From: Octopus bimaculoides
Lineage: Eukaryota
DNA length: 64,000 bases
Direction of reading: 5' to 3'
NCBI RefSeq assembly: GCF_001194135.2
Contig: NC_068981.1
Coordinates: forward strand, 101,887,449 to 101,951,448
Position numbers and translations under genes: made by a program. The number at the start of each line of letters is the position of its first letter. The stretch's first letter is position 1. Shown here in pieces: positions 11,769 to 25,364 of this stretch. Below the pieces are notes generated by a model that did not search any database, was not told the DNA's origin, and worked only from the letters and a program-made list of their open reading frames with translations.

Positions 11769-12917
11769 TTATTTAAAATTATTTAGATATTAAAGATTTA
11801 ATTAAGGAATCAATGCCCTGGAATTGATATCTTGTAAACATATGTGAAAACATGTCTAATCAAATTCACTTCAGTCCACCTCGTATGTATGCAGGTGAAA
11901 AAACAAGGCAACAGGTAAAAATCAACAGATGAAAAAATGTTCACACTGTACAGTAAATCATCATGATTGTATCAACAGATGTCATCGAAAATCATATAAT
12001 AGTTATATTTCTAGAATTTTTATACTAGACTAACAATATTTCATCAAAATCTCTAGTTTGTAACAGTACTGAGAAATTTATTATAGAGAAAACACAAGAG
12101 GATCTTAAGAATTAAGCAAAGTACAACACTTTCTAAGAATGTTTCCTGGCATTTGTCCCAACTCGCTTTGCTCTGATTTCAAACTCTGCTGAGATTAACT
12201 GTGCCTTTCATCCTCTTTGGGTAATAAAAACTGTGTACCAATTCAGTGTGGTAAATTGGCAGAACTGTGAGAATGTTGGACCAAATAAGCTTTATGGTTT
12301 TTGTTCTGATTCTTTAGGTTCTGAGTTCAAATCCTGCCATGGCCTACTTGAGTAACAAATTTAATCTGTTGCCCAGTTTAACCTCACAACCTGATATGAT
12401 GGTTGATCTTTAGTGTAGTCTATTCTGGTGTAAGCATCCAAGCTAAGTCTCCAGTTGAGGATACCTTCCTTTCTACCTCCTGCCAGTCTCAGAGACCTCT
12501 GAAAACTTTGTTAGTGTCATGGGTACTTCCTTCCCTCCTGACTAAAAAAAATGGTATAAAAGTTGTTTTTTTTAAAGCTGATATAGTTTAACTTAAATTG
12601 CAGTCTTGAAGTTTTTTTTTTATTATCCAAGGGTTAAATATTGATGGAACTCATAGATGGAAGGTTCAACAAGGTAGTGGAGTGTCAGTTAAGAGTTCCT
12701 TAGTTCATATCCTAACACTGTAACAACATCATTTCCACTGTCAATATACTTGACTGCCAATGGCTGATTTCAACTTACTCCCATTTACTCGTAGTATGGA
12801 TTTTAATTCCTCCTGTGGGGAAAATCTACAAGAAATAATCCAGGCTCCCACTATGAAATACAGAGTTAAGAGGTTGCCTTACAGATTCTTGTGATCTGGA
12901 AACAATCAACTAGAAGT

Positions 12918-13115
12918 TGTAGTTGTTGGCTAGCCCCAGGTCAGTTCTGACGGAGTTGACCTATGATTAAAAAGTGTCCTAACTAAGACCATCTTATCTT
13001 TCCTTTTTCCCAGGTATTGTGAATATACTACAACATTATCTAATTTTTAAGATGGTTTAAATGTAATTTACTATTGCTCAGATGTTAAGTGAATATGTAG
13101 AAGCTTTCTCATTGG
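12918..13115 (+). mobile_element. Dispersed repeat family G (tagccccaggtcag...). Other copies at ~20185-20330(-), 32148-32300, 44345-44480, 55478-55660, 55705-55865(-), 56645-56810(-)
   Basis: Shared blocks gttgtttagccccaggtcag.cctgat, gacctatgat.aaag and acattatccaat. All copies are diverged. Confidence 0.55.
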
Positions 13116-13304
13116 CTCATCTATTTAAAAGTTTTGTTGTTGTTGTTGTTGGTGATGGTGGTGGTGAGTTTTTAATCCTTTTGATACCAACCCAGCACGA
13201 CACTGCCTGTGGTTCTATGTAAATTTCCTGTTTTAAAGTGATCTAAATCAAAAGTCTCCATCAAAATTTTATGTTAATTTATGTTCCAAACACTAGCTTA
13301 ATAA

Positions 13305-13525
13305 TCTCAGATTTTGACAGAAGGCCAACAATTTTCTTAGGGGAGAGGGTAAGTCAATTACATTGACCCCAGTGTTCAAGTGATATTTATCTTGTTGACT
13401 CTGAAAAGATGAAAGGCAAAGTCAACTTGGTGGCATTTGAACTCAGAACATAAAGCTTGAAGAAATGCTACTAAGTATTGTGTCCAGTGTGCTAATGATT
13501 CTGCCAGCTCACTGCCTTTCACTAG
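13305..13525 (-). mobile_element. tRNA-derived SINE family E. Other copies at ~14205-14425(-), 21345-21535(-), 33452-33665(+), 38020-38190(+), 45035-45200(-), 48870-49185(+, two tandem)
   Basis: Shared head gagctggcagaatc.ttag, B-box-like gagttcaaat, and body gactttgcctttcatc...gataaaataagtac...cactggggtc.atgtaat. Confidence 0.75.
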
Positions 13526-14482
13526 CTTAAAAACGATGATTATTTTTATTAAATTCTTCATTATTTTCAAAATTAATTAAAACAAAGACAGAATATTTCA
13601 ATAGAAATATGGTAACAAAACGGTTAAAGGTTATTACAATTAGATGGAAAATAAAGATCCTCATAATTTTGAGTCCAGCCATTGAATTATTTGTAAAGAA
13701 CAAACATTTGAGAAGACACAAGCTAGAAGTGTGCCATGAGTTTGGAGGTTGTTTACAAGTTGCCTATAAAATTCACATAAGTAGTTTACCTTAAATTGAG
13801 ATAATGATTATTTTAATTATATCAAGTGGCTGAAATAGCTGATGTCTCCAATTTGCAATGATTTTTTTTTTCCTTTTTATTGGCAGAATAAAATGAAAAA
13901 TCTGTTTCTTACCTGATAAGGCCTAATTGCATTTAAAGATAGGTCAGGAGAGAATTGACAAATATTATTACGAGGAATTGCTGCTAGCAAATATAAAGTT
14001 CTGGCATTCATTGACTTGACGGAGTCAGCAGTAGTAATGAATGTGATGATGGTGGTTTTACCAGTAGGAATAATAATAATAATGATGATGACTAAATGAT
14101 GGCTAATAATAGTGAAAGCAAGAACAGACATGAGGAGTAGAAAAAATCCTTTATGTAAAAGGTGCAAAATGTTTCTCACTCTAGACTACAATAACGACAG
14201 TGATGATGATGATTTTGGCACAGGGCCAGCAGTTTTGAGGGAAAGGGGTCAGTGGCTGTTATCAACTCTAGTACTTAACTGGTACTTTGTTTTATTGACT
14301 CTGGAAAGACGAACAGCAAAATTGACCTCAACAGGAAATGAATACAACATAATGAATCAGGATTAATGTTGTAGGGATTTTATCTGGTACTTTAATGATT
14401 CTGAAAATCCACTGCCCTGTTTAGTTTATTCGCCATCAAGGCCCATTTGTTCATACAAAAATATATTACAAAGGGGTTGTTT

Positions 14483-15026
14483 ACAACTCATTCCCAGACA
14501 GTCCATACCTAGACAGTTGATATCTAGGACAACTCATCACAGCTATAAAGTGATAAAGATTTAATTTTGAAAGAAATTTTGCATGTGTGTGTGTGTGTGT
14601 GTGTGCATGAGTGTGGTGTGTATTTGCGTGTGTGTGTGTGGTATTTGTGTGCATGTATGGTGTGTGTGTATGTGGGTGCATGTGTGTGGTGTGTGTATGT
14701 GGGTGCATATGTGTGTTTATGTGTGGTGTGTGTGCTTGTAGTGTGTATGTATGTGCGTATTTGTGTGTATTTGTGTTTGTGTGGTGGGTATTTGTGTGTG
14801 TGTATAGTATGTGCATGTGGTGTGTATTTGTGTGTGTGGGTGGTGTGTATGTGTGTGTGGTGTGTATGTGTGTGCATGTGGTATGTGTGTGTGGTTATTT
14901 TATTCTAATTTAATTTTTCTTTTAAAATTAGATCTTTATCACTTTATACCAGTTATGAGTTGCCCTAGATATCTATTGTCCAGGTATGAGTTGTCTGGGG
15001 AATGAGTTGTCCTGGTATCGGTTACC
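14483..15026. mobile_element. Fold-back DNA element: ~100-bp inverted arms around a degenerate GT-rich tract
   Basis: 14483-14580 (acaactcattcccagac...tataaagtgataaagat) is the reverse complement of 14914-15010. The arms contain tandem acaactcat motifs. The centre (14583-14893) is (GT)-rich low complexity. Confidence 0.75.
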
Positions 15027-15154
15027 CTGGTATGCTTTACAAGACATAATAAGATGTGCACACAGAATTAAGTGGGTTGGTAAAAAGATACAACATATGG
15101 AAATGTTAAAAATTTACATAAAATAAATGCAGATGAAATACATAGTATAAATAG

Positions 15155-15205
<51 letters not shown>

Positions 15206-15561
15206 AGGATTGAAATTAGCTTGAAGTATTGCAACATGTACAAATAAAATAAATGTTTGAAAAAGTCATTGAGCAATGCAGCTGAGAAGTAAGACAAGAT
15301 ATGTAAGGTGACATCAGTGAATGAAGACAAAGAGAAATGATATTGTTTAACAGATTGTTAGAAAAGATATTGTATTGTTTAATGATCCTAAACATATTTC
15401 AGAAAAGATTCTCCACTTTCAAACAGAAGAACACACTAAAATCACTTGCTGGTAACAATGCATTTGTCTGAGCTTTTTGATTATTTTCTATTATAATCCC
15501 AGACTGACCAATGCCTTGTGAGTGAATTTGGCAGATGAGAACTGCAAAAAACCCATTGTAT

Positions 15562-15607
<46 letters not shown>

Positions 15608-16623
15608 TTCATGCATGCATATATTGTACATGTATGTGTGTGTGAATTTTGTCATTTCATGCTTGTCACTACTTGAGTGAAGCAAATGATGTTGACATTG
15701 TGAATAATAATCTGCCCTTTTGAAGTCCTCTAGACTAAAAACATTCCTTTTCTGATAAACAGGCAAGGATTGATGACAGGAAGAGCATCTGGTTATAAAA
15801 TTCTGTCTCAAGTAACTCTCCATATAACCCATGTTAGCATGGAAAAATCTAAGTCAAACAAATGAATAATGAAATCTGTTCATAGTATGTAAGGGATATT
15901 AACTATTGTTGCATGCAGAGCTGTTCTCAATGGGCAGTGTGTTCACTTGTTGTCTTCCTAGAAGAACTGAAGACAACTTGTCACAAAAGAAGTGCTTGAA
16001 ATTGGAACTCAAGGTGAATCACTTTCTATGCAGCATTCTCAATAAAAAAAAACACAGATAATCTAGAAAATGGTATAAATAAATAGTTAGGTATCGCAAT
16101 AAAAATAGTGAGCTGAAAATATCCTGATAAAGCTATTACAAATAAGATTCATGAACTTTGGTAAACTATAAATTGTGAACTTGCAGCTGCCAAACCAACT
16201 GATAGATGCCAATTGCCTCTCTTTTATCAGAGAAGATATTCTGAATAACTATGGACAAAGTCCAGAAGATATCAACTCTGTAGAGCAGTGAATGTGTTGT
16301 TGTTATTTAAGCTTAGTCTGATTGTGCAGACTTGCAGTTTAATGCACTGGTCTCCAACATGACCAATACCAAGGACCCCAACCTTTCAGTTATGTTTGTT
16401 TTCCCACAAATCCCAGGTTTTTGAAAAGTCTTTCCACTCAACAAGCTCACTGAACCCCGTATGTTTCTTCCTTTCTCTCTTTATAGATCACAAGCTGAAA
16501 ACATTCTTCAAGCATGTAAGATGTTAAAAAAATTTAAAAGAAGTAAAGGGACTGAAATGAGAGGAAAATTGGACGTCGTCATCTTCATCAGTATCATCTT
16601 TATTTTCATTATTTTAACATTTA

Positions 16624-17008
16624 TAAGTGCAAGCATGGCTGTGTGGTACTAAGTTTGCTTCCCAACCACATGGTTCCAGGTTCAGTCCCATTGCATGGCA
16701 CCCTGGGGAACTGTCTTCTATTATAACCTTCAGGCAACCAAAGCCTTGAGTGGATTTGGTAGACAGAAACTTAAAAGCCCATCAGGTGTGTGTGAGTGTG
16801 TGTGTGTGCATGTCTTTGAGTCTCCGTTTGTCCCACACCCCGTAACTTAGTAGTTTGGCACGAGAAACTGACAGAATAAGAAACAGGCTTAAAAAAAAAG
16901 ACACAAGTATTGGGGGTCGATTCATTCAAGTAAAATTCTTCAAGGTGATGCCCCAGCATGGCTGCAGTCTAATGACTGAAACAAGCAACAGATAAAAAAT
17001 AAAAAGAT
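16624..17008 (+). mobile_element. SINE family A, full copy
   Basis: Head gcatggctgtgtgg...ggttcagtccca, TG linker, and 3' half ending gactgaaacaag...aaaagat. Confidence 0.85.
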
Positions 17009-17177
17009 ATCCACTTTTCCATGCTTGCATGGGTCAGAAGGAATTCACTGAGGTAAATTTTCTACAGCTAGATTCCCTTCCTGTTGCCAACCCTAATATG
17101 TTAGCAGGTAAAGTAATACTTACCATTGGCTAAATATACTTTTACAGGATACTACTTGTATGATGGTTACATTTAGT

Positions 17178-17566
17178 GGAGGCGCAATGGCCCAGTGGTT
17201 AGGGTAACAGACTCGCGGTCATAGGATCGCAGTTTCGATTCCCAGACCGGGCGTTGTGAGTGTTTATTGAGCGAAAACACCTAAAGCTCCACGAGGCTCC
17301 GGCAGGGGATGGTGGCGAACCCTGCTGTACTCTTCCATCACAACTTTCTCTCACTCTTACTTCCTCTTTCTGTTGTGCCTGTAATTCAAAGGGTCAGCCT
17401 TGTCACACTGTGTCACGCTGAATATCCCCGAGTACTACGTTAAGGGTACACGTGTCTGTGGAGTGCTCAGCCACTTGCACGTTAATTTCACGAGCAGGCT
17501 GTTCCGATGATCGGATCAACTGGAACCCTCGACATCGTAAGCAATGGAGTGCCAGCAACAGCAACA
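17178..17566 (+). mobile_element. tRNA(Arg)-like-headed SINE (OR-type, family B), full length and CpG-rich (young)
   Basis: A box tggcccagtggttagg, gactcgcggtc, B box gtttcgattcc, central gttaatttcacgagcaggctgttcc block, (CAA/CAG) tail. Confidence 0.85.
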
Positions 17567-17765
17567 GATGGTGACATTTGTTTTACAAATATTATGTAAT
17601 GTCAAGACAAAGATACACACATGCACACATAGATATATATAGGGTGTCCCAGAATTCACTATCTATATCAGTGAAATCAGACAATTTTTTAAAAACTCGC
17701 TTTTATTTATGGCTATCATGTCTACTATGTGTTAAAACTGTATAAACTTTTAATTTTTTTTTTTT

Positions 17766-17971
17766 ATTACTTGTTTCAGTCATTTGACTGCGGCCATGCT
17801 GGGGCACCGCTTTTAGTTGACCAAATCGACCCCAGGACTTATTCTTTGTCAGCCTAGTATTTATTCTATCAGTCTCTTTTTGCCGAACCGCTAAGTTACA
17901 GGGATGTAAACACACCAGCATTGGTTGTCAAGCGTTGTTGGGGGGGGACAAACACAGACACACAAACATAT

Positions 17972-18019
<48 letters not shown>

Positions 18020-19138
18020 GATGGCTCATGTGTGGATGACACATGAAATGAAACATTTTGGGCGTGGCCATNNNNNNNNNNNNNNNNNNNNNNNNNNNNN
18101 NNNNNNNNNNNNNNNNNNNNNNNNNNNNNNNNNNNNNNNNNNNNNNNNNNNNNNNNNNNNNNNNNNNNNNNNNNNNNNNNNNNNNNNNNNNNNNNNNNNN
18201 NNNNNNNNNNNNNNNNNNNNNNNNNNNNNNNNNNNNNNNNNNNNNNNNNNNNNNNNNNNNNNNNNNNNNNNNNNNNNNNNNNNNNNNNNNNNNNNNNNNN
18301 NNNNNNNNNNNNNNNNNNNNNNNNNNNNNNNNNNNNNNNNNNNNNNNNNNNNNNNNNNNNNNNNNNNNNNNNNNNNNNNNNNNNNNNNNNNNNNNNNNNN
18401 NNNNNNNNNNNNNNNNNNNNNNNNNNNNNNNNNNNNNNNNNNNNNNNNNNNNNNNNNNNNNNNNNNNNNNNNNNNNNNNNNNNNNNNNNNNNNNNNNNNN
18501 NNNNNNNNNNNNNNNNNNNNNNNNNNNNNNNNNNNNNNNNNNNNNNNNNNNNNNNNNNNNNNNNNNNNNNNNNNNNNNNNNNNNNNNNNNNNNNNNNNNN
18601 NNNNNNNNNNNNNNNNNNNNNNNNNNNNNNNNNNNNNNNNNNNNNNNNNNNNNNNNNNNNNNNNNNNNNNNNNNNNNNNNNNNNNNNNNNNNNNNNNNNN
18701 NNNNNNNNNNNNNNNNNNNNNNNNNNNNNNNNNNNNNNNNNNNNNNNNNNNNNNNNNNNNNNNNNNNNNNNNNNNNNNNNNNNNNNNNNNNNNNNNNNNN
18801 NTGAGTGGTTGGCGTTAGGAAGGGCATCCATCTGTAGAAACTCTGCCAAATCAGATTGGAGCCTGGTGTAGCCATCTGGTTTCACCAGTCCTCAGTCAAA
18901 TCGTCCAACCCATGCTAGCATGGAAGGCGGACGTTAAACGATGATGATGATGATGATGATGATACATATATTCGACGGGCTTTTTTCAGTTTCTGTCTAC
19001 CAAATCCACTCACAAGGCTTTGGTCGGCCCGAGGCTATAGTAGAAGACACTTGCCCAAGGTGCCATGCAGTGGGACTGAACCCAGAACCATGTGGTTGGG
19101 AAGCAAGCTACTTACTACACAGCCACTCCTGCGCCTAT
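17766..19138 (-). mobile_element. SINE family A split in its microsatellite linker by a family C insertion and a gap
   Basis: 3' half at 17766-18015, 5' half at 18965-19138, with family C sequence at 18045-18071 and 18802-18962 between them. Confidence 0.75.
18802..18962 (+). mobile_element. RTE-associated repeat family C, 3' end with (GAT)n tail
   Basis: ggcgttaggaagggcatcca...ggacgttaaacgatgatgat, matching 3075-3225 (rc) and 41528-41658. Confidence 0.85.
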
Positions 19139-19769
19139 TTTGTTTATAATTTTATAATTTTTTAATAATCTTATCTTCATTCATGTCGGATCCCTCTTTA
19201 TCTGTCAACGACAACTTTTTTCCAGTTTGGCTGCAATCATTTTCTCTACCTCCACCGACAAAATGGGACAATTATTTAGCTAAACTTAAAGAATGCATTT
19301 AGTTAGCAGTGAAATGTTTCAAAAGGTGTTTTGTAACACTAAGGATATTTTTGAAATTTGCAGGGATAAAGACAAAGCACATGTTGAAAATTTTCAATAA
19401 AGTTTTTGACATAAGATTTATAAATCTATTTGTTTTAGTGTCATAATTAAGTAAGAAACCTAAAATTCTGTCAGTGTTTTTTTAATTTGCCCAATTTCAT
19501 TGATATAGATAATTAATTCAGGGATACCCTGTATAACAGACATCTTTCAAATACACCCACAAAACATAGGTCATCCTGGGACTGTAGTAGAAAACACTCA
19601 AGTTGCTAAGCAGTGAGATTGTACCTGAAACCATGTGGTTGGGAAACAAACTTCCTAACCAAACAACACATAATGTAAAAAAAAAAAGATACAAGTACGA
19701 TAATGTAAATGTTAAAACAAAAGATTGAATCATAACAGAACATGTGGCAAAATAAAAGCAAAAACAAAT

Positions 19770-19925
19770 ACGCATGGCTGTATGGAAAGAAGCTTGCTTC
19801 CCAACCACATGGTTCTGGATTCAATCTCATTGCATGGCACCTTGGGCAAGTGTCTTCTAGAGCCCCAGGTCGACCAAAGCCTTGTGAGTGGATTTGGTAG
19901 ACAGAAACTGAAAGAAGCCTGCCAG

Positions 19926-19972
<47 letters not shown>

Positions 19973-20165
19973 TGTGTGTGTTTGTTCCCGACCATTGCTT
20001 GCCAACCAGTGTTGCTTTGTTTATATACCTGCATCTTAGCAGTTTGGCTTAACAAAAAAAAGAAGTATTGGGGTCAATTCATTTGACTAGAGAGGAAAAA
20101 ATTCAAGGTGGTGCCTCAGCATGGCAATAGTCTAATGGCTGAAACAGGTAAAAGATGAATGAAAG
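19770..20165 (+). mobile_element. SINE family A, full copy
   Basis: Head, (TG)n linker and diverged 3' half. Confidence 0.85.
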
Positions 20166-22481
20166 ATATCAAGTAACTTTTAGGTAGTCACTCAACTTGC
20201 TAGGTGTAGCAGTCAATTCTCTATCAAATCACCTTTCCATCATAAATATGTGAAGGACACTTTAGAGAATGTAGTGCTAGCTACTCACGGGATGGTCATG
20301 GCTGGAAAGCCTTTGATTAAAGTTGATAACAGCAACAATCATAAGAGTTGATAAGTGTGTCCTATAACAATTATAAAAGTACTCTGTAGTGTTCGCCATT
20401 ATTGGCTGCTGTGAATAATGGATTTTCTTGAAATAGCAATAGTGAATTGGAAACTAGATCTCAACTTCAAACACATTCTATCTATTTTAAAAAGATTCCA
20501 TCTCCTCTTTGCCATCAGTCCTACTGAACCAGCAGTTGAATGTTATTAAATTGACTTCCTGAATTTCAATTGAATTACACTGTTCAATGTGTACTTTTTT
20601 TTTTTATCTTGTGTAGAAAAATTATACAAAGGATTAAAAAAAAAACTGAAAGCAATAATTCATATTTTCATATTTTATATTAAGAACTTTAGATTCACAA
20701 TGGGAAAATATATGCGTGTTAAAAAGTTGATCACGGAATTGTCTCCCTTTGAAGTCAACTATGATGACCCATACACTCACTTCTTGCATGATAACCGGAG
20801 AAGTAGCAGCAGAAGTGTTACGTTATAATATAGAAGTATAAAAATAGACAAATCTGGTACTTTTATTATAATAATGAGAACTATAAGTTCACTGTGAACT
20901 AGGAATGAAGACATTGATGAGTCTAGAGATAAAAATTTTCTATACCAAGAAAAGTTGAATGAAATTAGCATCTGATTGCTGGTGGAAAGAAAAATTTTGA
21001 CATTTATCTGAAAGCAACAGCAACAATAATAATAACAGAAATAATGATTTCTTTTATTGGTTTATGCATGCAAAAGTTTACAAGAAATATAGGTTGTGAA
21101 AAACTGAAATGTAATATATGAAGACAGATTAAAAAGTTTAGTAGACAAAACGAATAAGAGCTACTCACTCATAAAGCAGAGAGAAGCTGCTACCAAGGCA
21201 GAATTAGGGCATACCATGAATCCAACAATCATCTACTATGGTTTGGTATCTCTGAATGAGTCTGTGAGCACTGTTTGTATTGCCTAAGGTGAAACAACTC
21301 CAACATCCTTCTGGCAGTTGTATTTTAACTGTTTATAGAATACTGATTTCAGATTTTGGCACAAGGCCAGCAAGTTCGAGAGAGGAAGTAAGTCAATTAC
21401 ACTGACCCCAGTACTCAGCTGGTATTTATTTTATCAATCCTGAAAGGATGAAAGGCAAAGTCGACCTCAGCAGAATTTGAAATCAGAACCAGAAAACAGG
21501 CAAAATGCAGCTAACAATTCTGTCAGGTCACTGCTTTATATTGTTTATAGAATATTGATGAGGTTTTCACCTGTAGTCTGTCATTTAGGTATTTCAATAA
21601 TTCTGGATATTATTTGCTCTTCAATCAGCATAGTATTTCTGTCATTCTTAGAATTATTTAGCAAATCCATCTGCTTATTGCTGACATTTTGCATAAATAT
21701 AAATCTCAGACAGTGCAGAAGGAACAAGTGCTTCTTTCAATTTCAACCACTTACTTTTGTTTAGTTTGGGTACATTGTTGGGTTTTTTTTAACTCAACTT
21801 CCTTTTCTTTTCACTGCTTTTGAAGGTTTCTCACTTTTCCTCAGTTACTATTTCTTTCTTATTGCCACAACACAATAGGGACATACCTCAGCTCATAGCC
21901 TCTCTCAGTACTATGCTATAGGTGGAAACCTCTCAGTATCTGGGTCATTGATAGCTACTGATACTGGTAACACAGAATATGAGCTGATTTTGGTAGCTGC
22001 AGCCACAATCTTCACTTCTCAAGTCTGCAGTTGTTGTTGCTGTCTTCTGTCCTCTTACTGATGATCGGAAGTCAAAAGTGAATATTAGTGCTGATATCTC
22101 TGGCCACAGACCTTATATTTCTTTTCCTCCAGTATGAATGTGGGCAGGTGTATGTGGTGCACAATTTTGCTTGTCATTTCATTATGTCTTTAGTCTTAAA
22201 AAGTCAAGCTCATATTTTCCTTATGCCCCGTATTCCTCTCTTGAAGGCATATCAAACCTACTCTGTTTATTTTCCTGGAGGACAAAGTGGCATTGCCTTT
22301 TGTGACATACCTTGTCCATACTTAACCCCTCTTCTTGGGCTAACTCATATCAAGAAATTTCTTTCGACAAAGAACATTTGCAAAGAATGATTTGCTGTTG
22401 TTGGTGTTTTGTTACTAATACAAGCTTTTATATTCACTTATTACACAGCACTACTTGTCTTAATAATTAAGTCTGTCATTA

Positions 22482-22679
22482 CAGTAATCCCTTGACTATC
22501 ATGGCTGTTACATTCCCCCCACGATAGGTGAAAAACCACTAGGTAGAAACAATATTATTATTTTTATAATTTGTACATATTTATTTTATTATAAATGCAA
22601 AACAACATCACAGAGGAATCGGAGTAAGCTTAAAAAATAAACCGCAATAGGTGAACAATGATATGGTGAGGGATTACTG
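22482..22679. mobile_element. Tigger/pogo-type MITE (198 bp)
   Basis: TA|cagtaatccct...agggattactg|TA: inverted termini with a TA target duplication. Confidence 0.8.
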
Positions 22680-23735
22680 TATACCGTTTTTTTGTTTACC
22701 TTCTTTTTAAATATGTTCTTCTTTTCGAAAATTTTGGGTGGAGCATTTGCTGCTACCAATTATATGGTTAAGACCGCCTTGTATTACGCTTGAGGTAGCC
22801 ATATTGAACCATTAATAAACCATGAAAAATAGTTGCTTGTGAAAAATATGTATATACAATGAAAGTAAGGACAAATTTTCTTTTCTATTCCAGAGTAATG
22901 GGGTAGATATTTAAACGCTTTAAAGACCTTTGTTGGTAAAATGAATAAAAGTAACACAGCTTTATTTTTTACATAAAATAATTTTTAAAGAAAATACTTT
23001 CTAAATGGAACTCTTTGAAATGTGTGCATCTATGGCTGACAACAAGAACAACAAGTATGGCATAATTTCTATAGATCTCTCTACAAGAATAACTAAATAA
23101 CAACAACAAAATAATAATAATGGTGGTGTATTTCATTTAAAATCACTTTTTAAAGAGGTGTAAATGCAAAGATTCTTTAAAAATACTGGTTTCTAAAGTG
23201 GAGAAAAATTGGGGAAAAAATTTCTTTATGAACAAATAGAAACATTATACATGGAGTGTGTGTATATATGATTATGCACATGTATATGCATGTGTGTGTG
23301 TGTATACACATACAGATGCTTAATGTGCATTTAACTGTGTGTATACACACACATATCATTGTCATCCTCATCATCTTTTCAACACACACTTTTCTATGTG
23401 TGCATGGGTCAATCAGAATTTATTGAGGCAGATTTTCTATGGTCAGACATGCTTATACAGAACTTTGGATATGAACGAAACTGCTTACTTGACGGAGATA
23501 CTTATTTACAATGACAAAGAGATACAAACATACACTCACACATGTATATATGTATGTATGTATGTATGTTTGAAGGTATGTATGTATACATACACTTGTC
23601 CAAGGTGCCACCAAACAGGACTGAATGCAAAACCAAGTAGTTGGGAAGTGAAACTTCTAACACACACAGCTAAGCACCTATAGCCATGTTGGTGTCTATA
23701 CATGTAGGTATAAATTTGTTTGTATGCATATATTC

Positions 23736-23770
<35 letters not shown>

Positions 23771-23781
23771 NNNNNNNNNNA

Positions 23782-23817
<36 letters not shown>

Positions 23818-23997
23818 CATATGAACTTTGAGAAGATACATATATAGTTACAGGTATGTATACATATAAAACACAACTTTATGTAAAGCTTTAAATACAA
23901 ATATATATGTAAATATGTGTGTATGTTATATATGCCAGCATGGAAAACAAATGTTAAATGACGATGATGATGATGACACACACACGCACACACACAC

Positions 23998-24048
<51 letters not shown>

Positions 24049-24058
24049 TGTGTGTGTG

Positions 24059-24099
<41 letters not shown>

Positions 24100-24720
24100 A
24101 CATATACAGATATGTATGTATATGTGCACATGCATATGTGTGCATAAATGCTGGCGTCCATGTACATGACCAAATATATACATATTTATACAACTGTATT
24201 TTTTCATCTACAGACACAAAATGACACAAATGGAGGATATAATAAAGAAACTATGATATTGCTATATTTTTGAAAGTTTAACTGATATTTTAGATTTATT
24301 GGAGGAAAATCAATGGGTGAACATAAAATTTTAACATACATATGATGATAAGTTATTGGACAACATGTAGTAGTAGTAGTAGGAGAAGTAGTGAAACCGT
24401 AGTAGGGTGATTTTAGTAATGGTAGTAATAACAATAGTATTATTAGTATGATATTATTTTATATCACAATGAAGGTAGTTGTAAAAAAAAAATATAGTTA
24501 CGACATGGTAGCATGCAGGAGGAACAATTTTATTATGATTATTATTATTATTATTATGCAGTGAGCTGGCAGAATCATTTTTTCAATATGTGTGTATATG
24601 TATATTTTTACTTTATATATATATTATTTTATATCTTAATTGCATATCTTTTACTTTTCTTTATACAATATTATTTATATGTAATTCTTATTCACACATT
24701 GTACCTTTTTTTATTTTTTA

Positions 24721-24762
<42 letters not shown>

Positions 24763-25364
24763 NNNNNNNNNNNNNNNNNNNNNNNNNNNNNNNNNNNNNN
24801 NNNNNNNNNNNNNNNNNNNNNNNNNNNNNNNNNNNNNNNNNNNNNNNNNNNNNNNNNNNNNNNNNNNNNNNNNNNNNNNNNNNNNNNNNNNNNNNNNNNN
24901 NNNNNNNNNNNNNNNNNNNNNNNNNNNNNNNNNNNNNNNNNNNNNNNNNNNNNNNNNNNNNNNNNNNNNNNNNNNNNNNNNNNNNNNNNNNNNNNNNNNN
25001 NNNNNNNNNNNNNNNNNNNNNNNNNNNNNNNNNNNNNNNNNNNNNNNNNNNNNNNNNNNNNNNNNNNNNNNNNNNNNNNNNNNNNNNNNNNNNNNNNNNN
25101 NNNNNNNNNNNNNNNNNNNNNNNNNNNNNNNNNNNNNNNNNNNNNNNNNNNNNNNNNNNNNNNNNNNNNNNNNNNNNNNNNNNNNNNNNNNNNNNNNNNN
25201 NNNNNNNNNNNNNNNNNNNNNNNNNNNNNNNNNNNNNNNNNNNNNNNNNNNNNNNNNNNNNNNNNNNNNNNNNNNNNNNNNNNNNNNNNNNNNNNNNTAT
25301 ATATAATTCTTATTTACATTTGCAAATCACATATCGTACCTTTTTGTTTTTTTATAAATGAGCT

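Noticed and set aside
17178-17250. tRNA-like sequences with A and B boxes (also 2185, 42270-42345, 48422)
   Set aside because: They lack a closing acceptor stem and continue into SINE bodies, so they are SINE heads rather than tRNA genes.
21520-22390. Purine-rich minus-strand stretch vaguely like LINE ORF1/zinc knuckle (also 44640-45010 and 32330-32640 as L1/Tx1-like)
   Set aside because: Too degenerate to assign by eye. It needs BLASTx or RepeatMasker.
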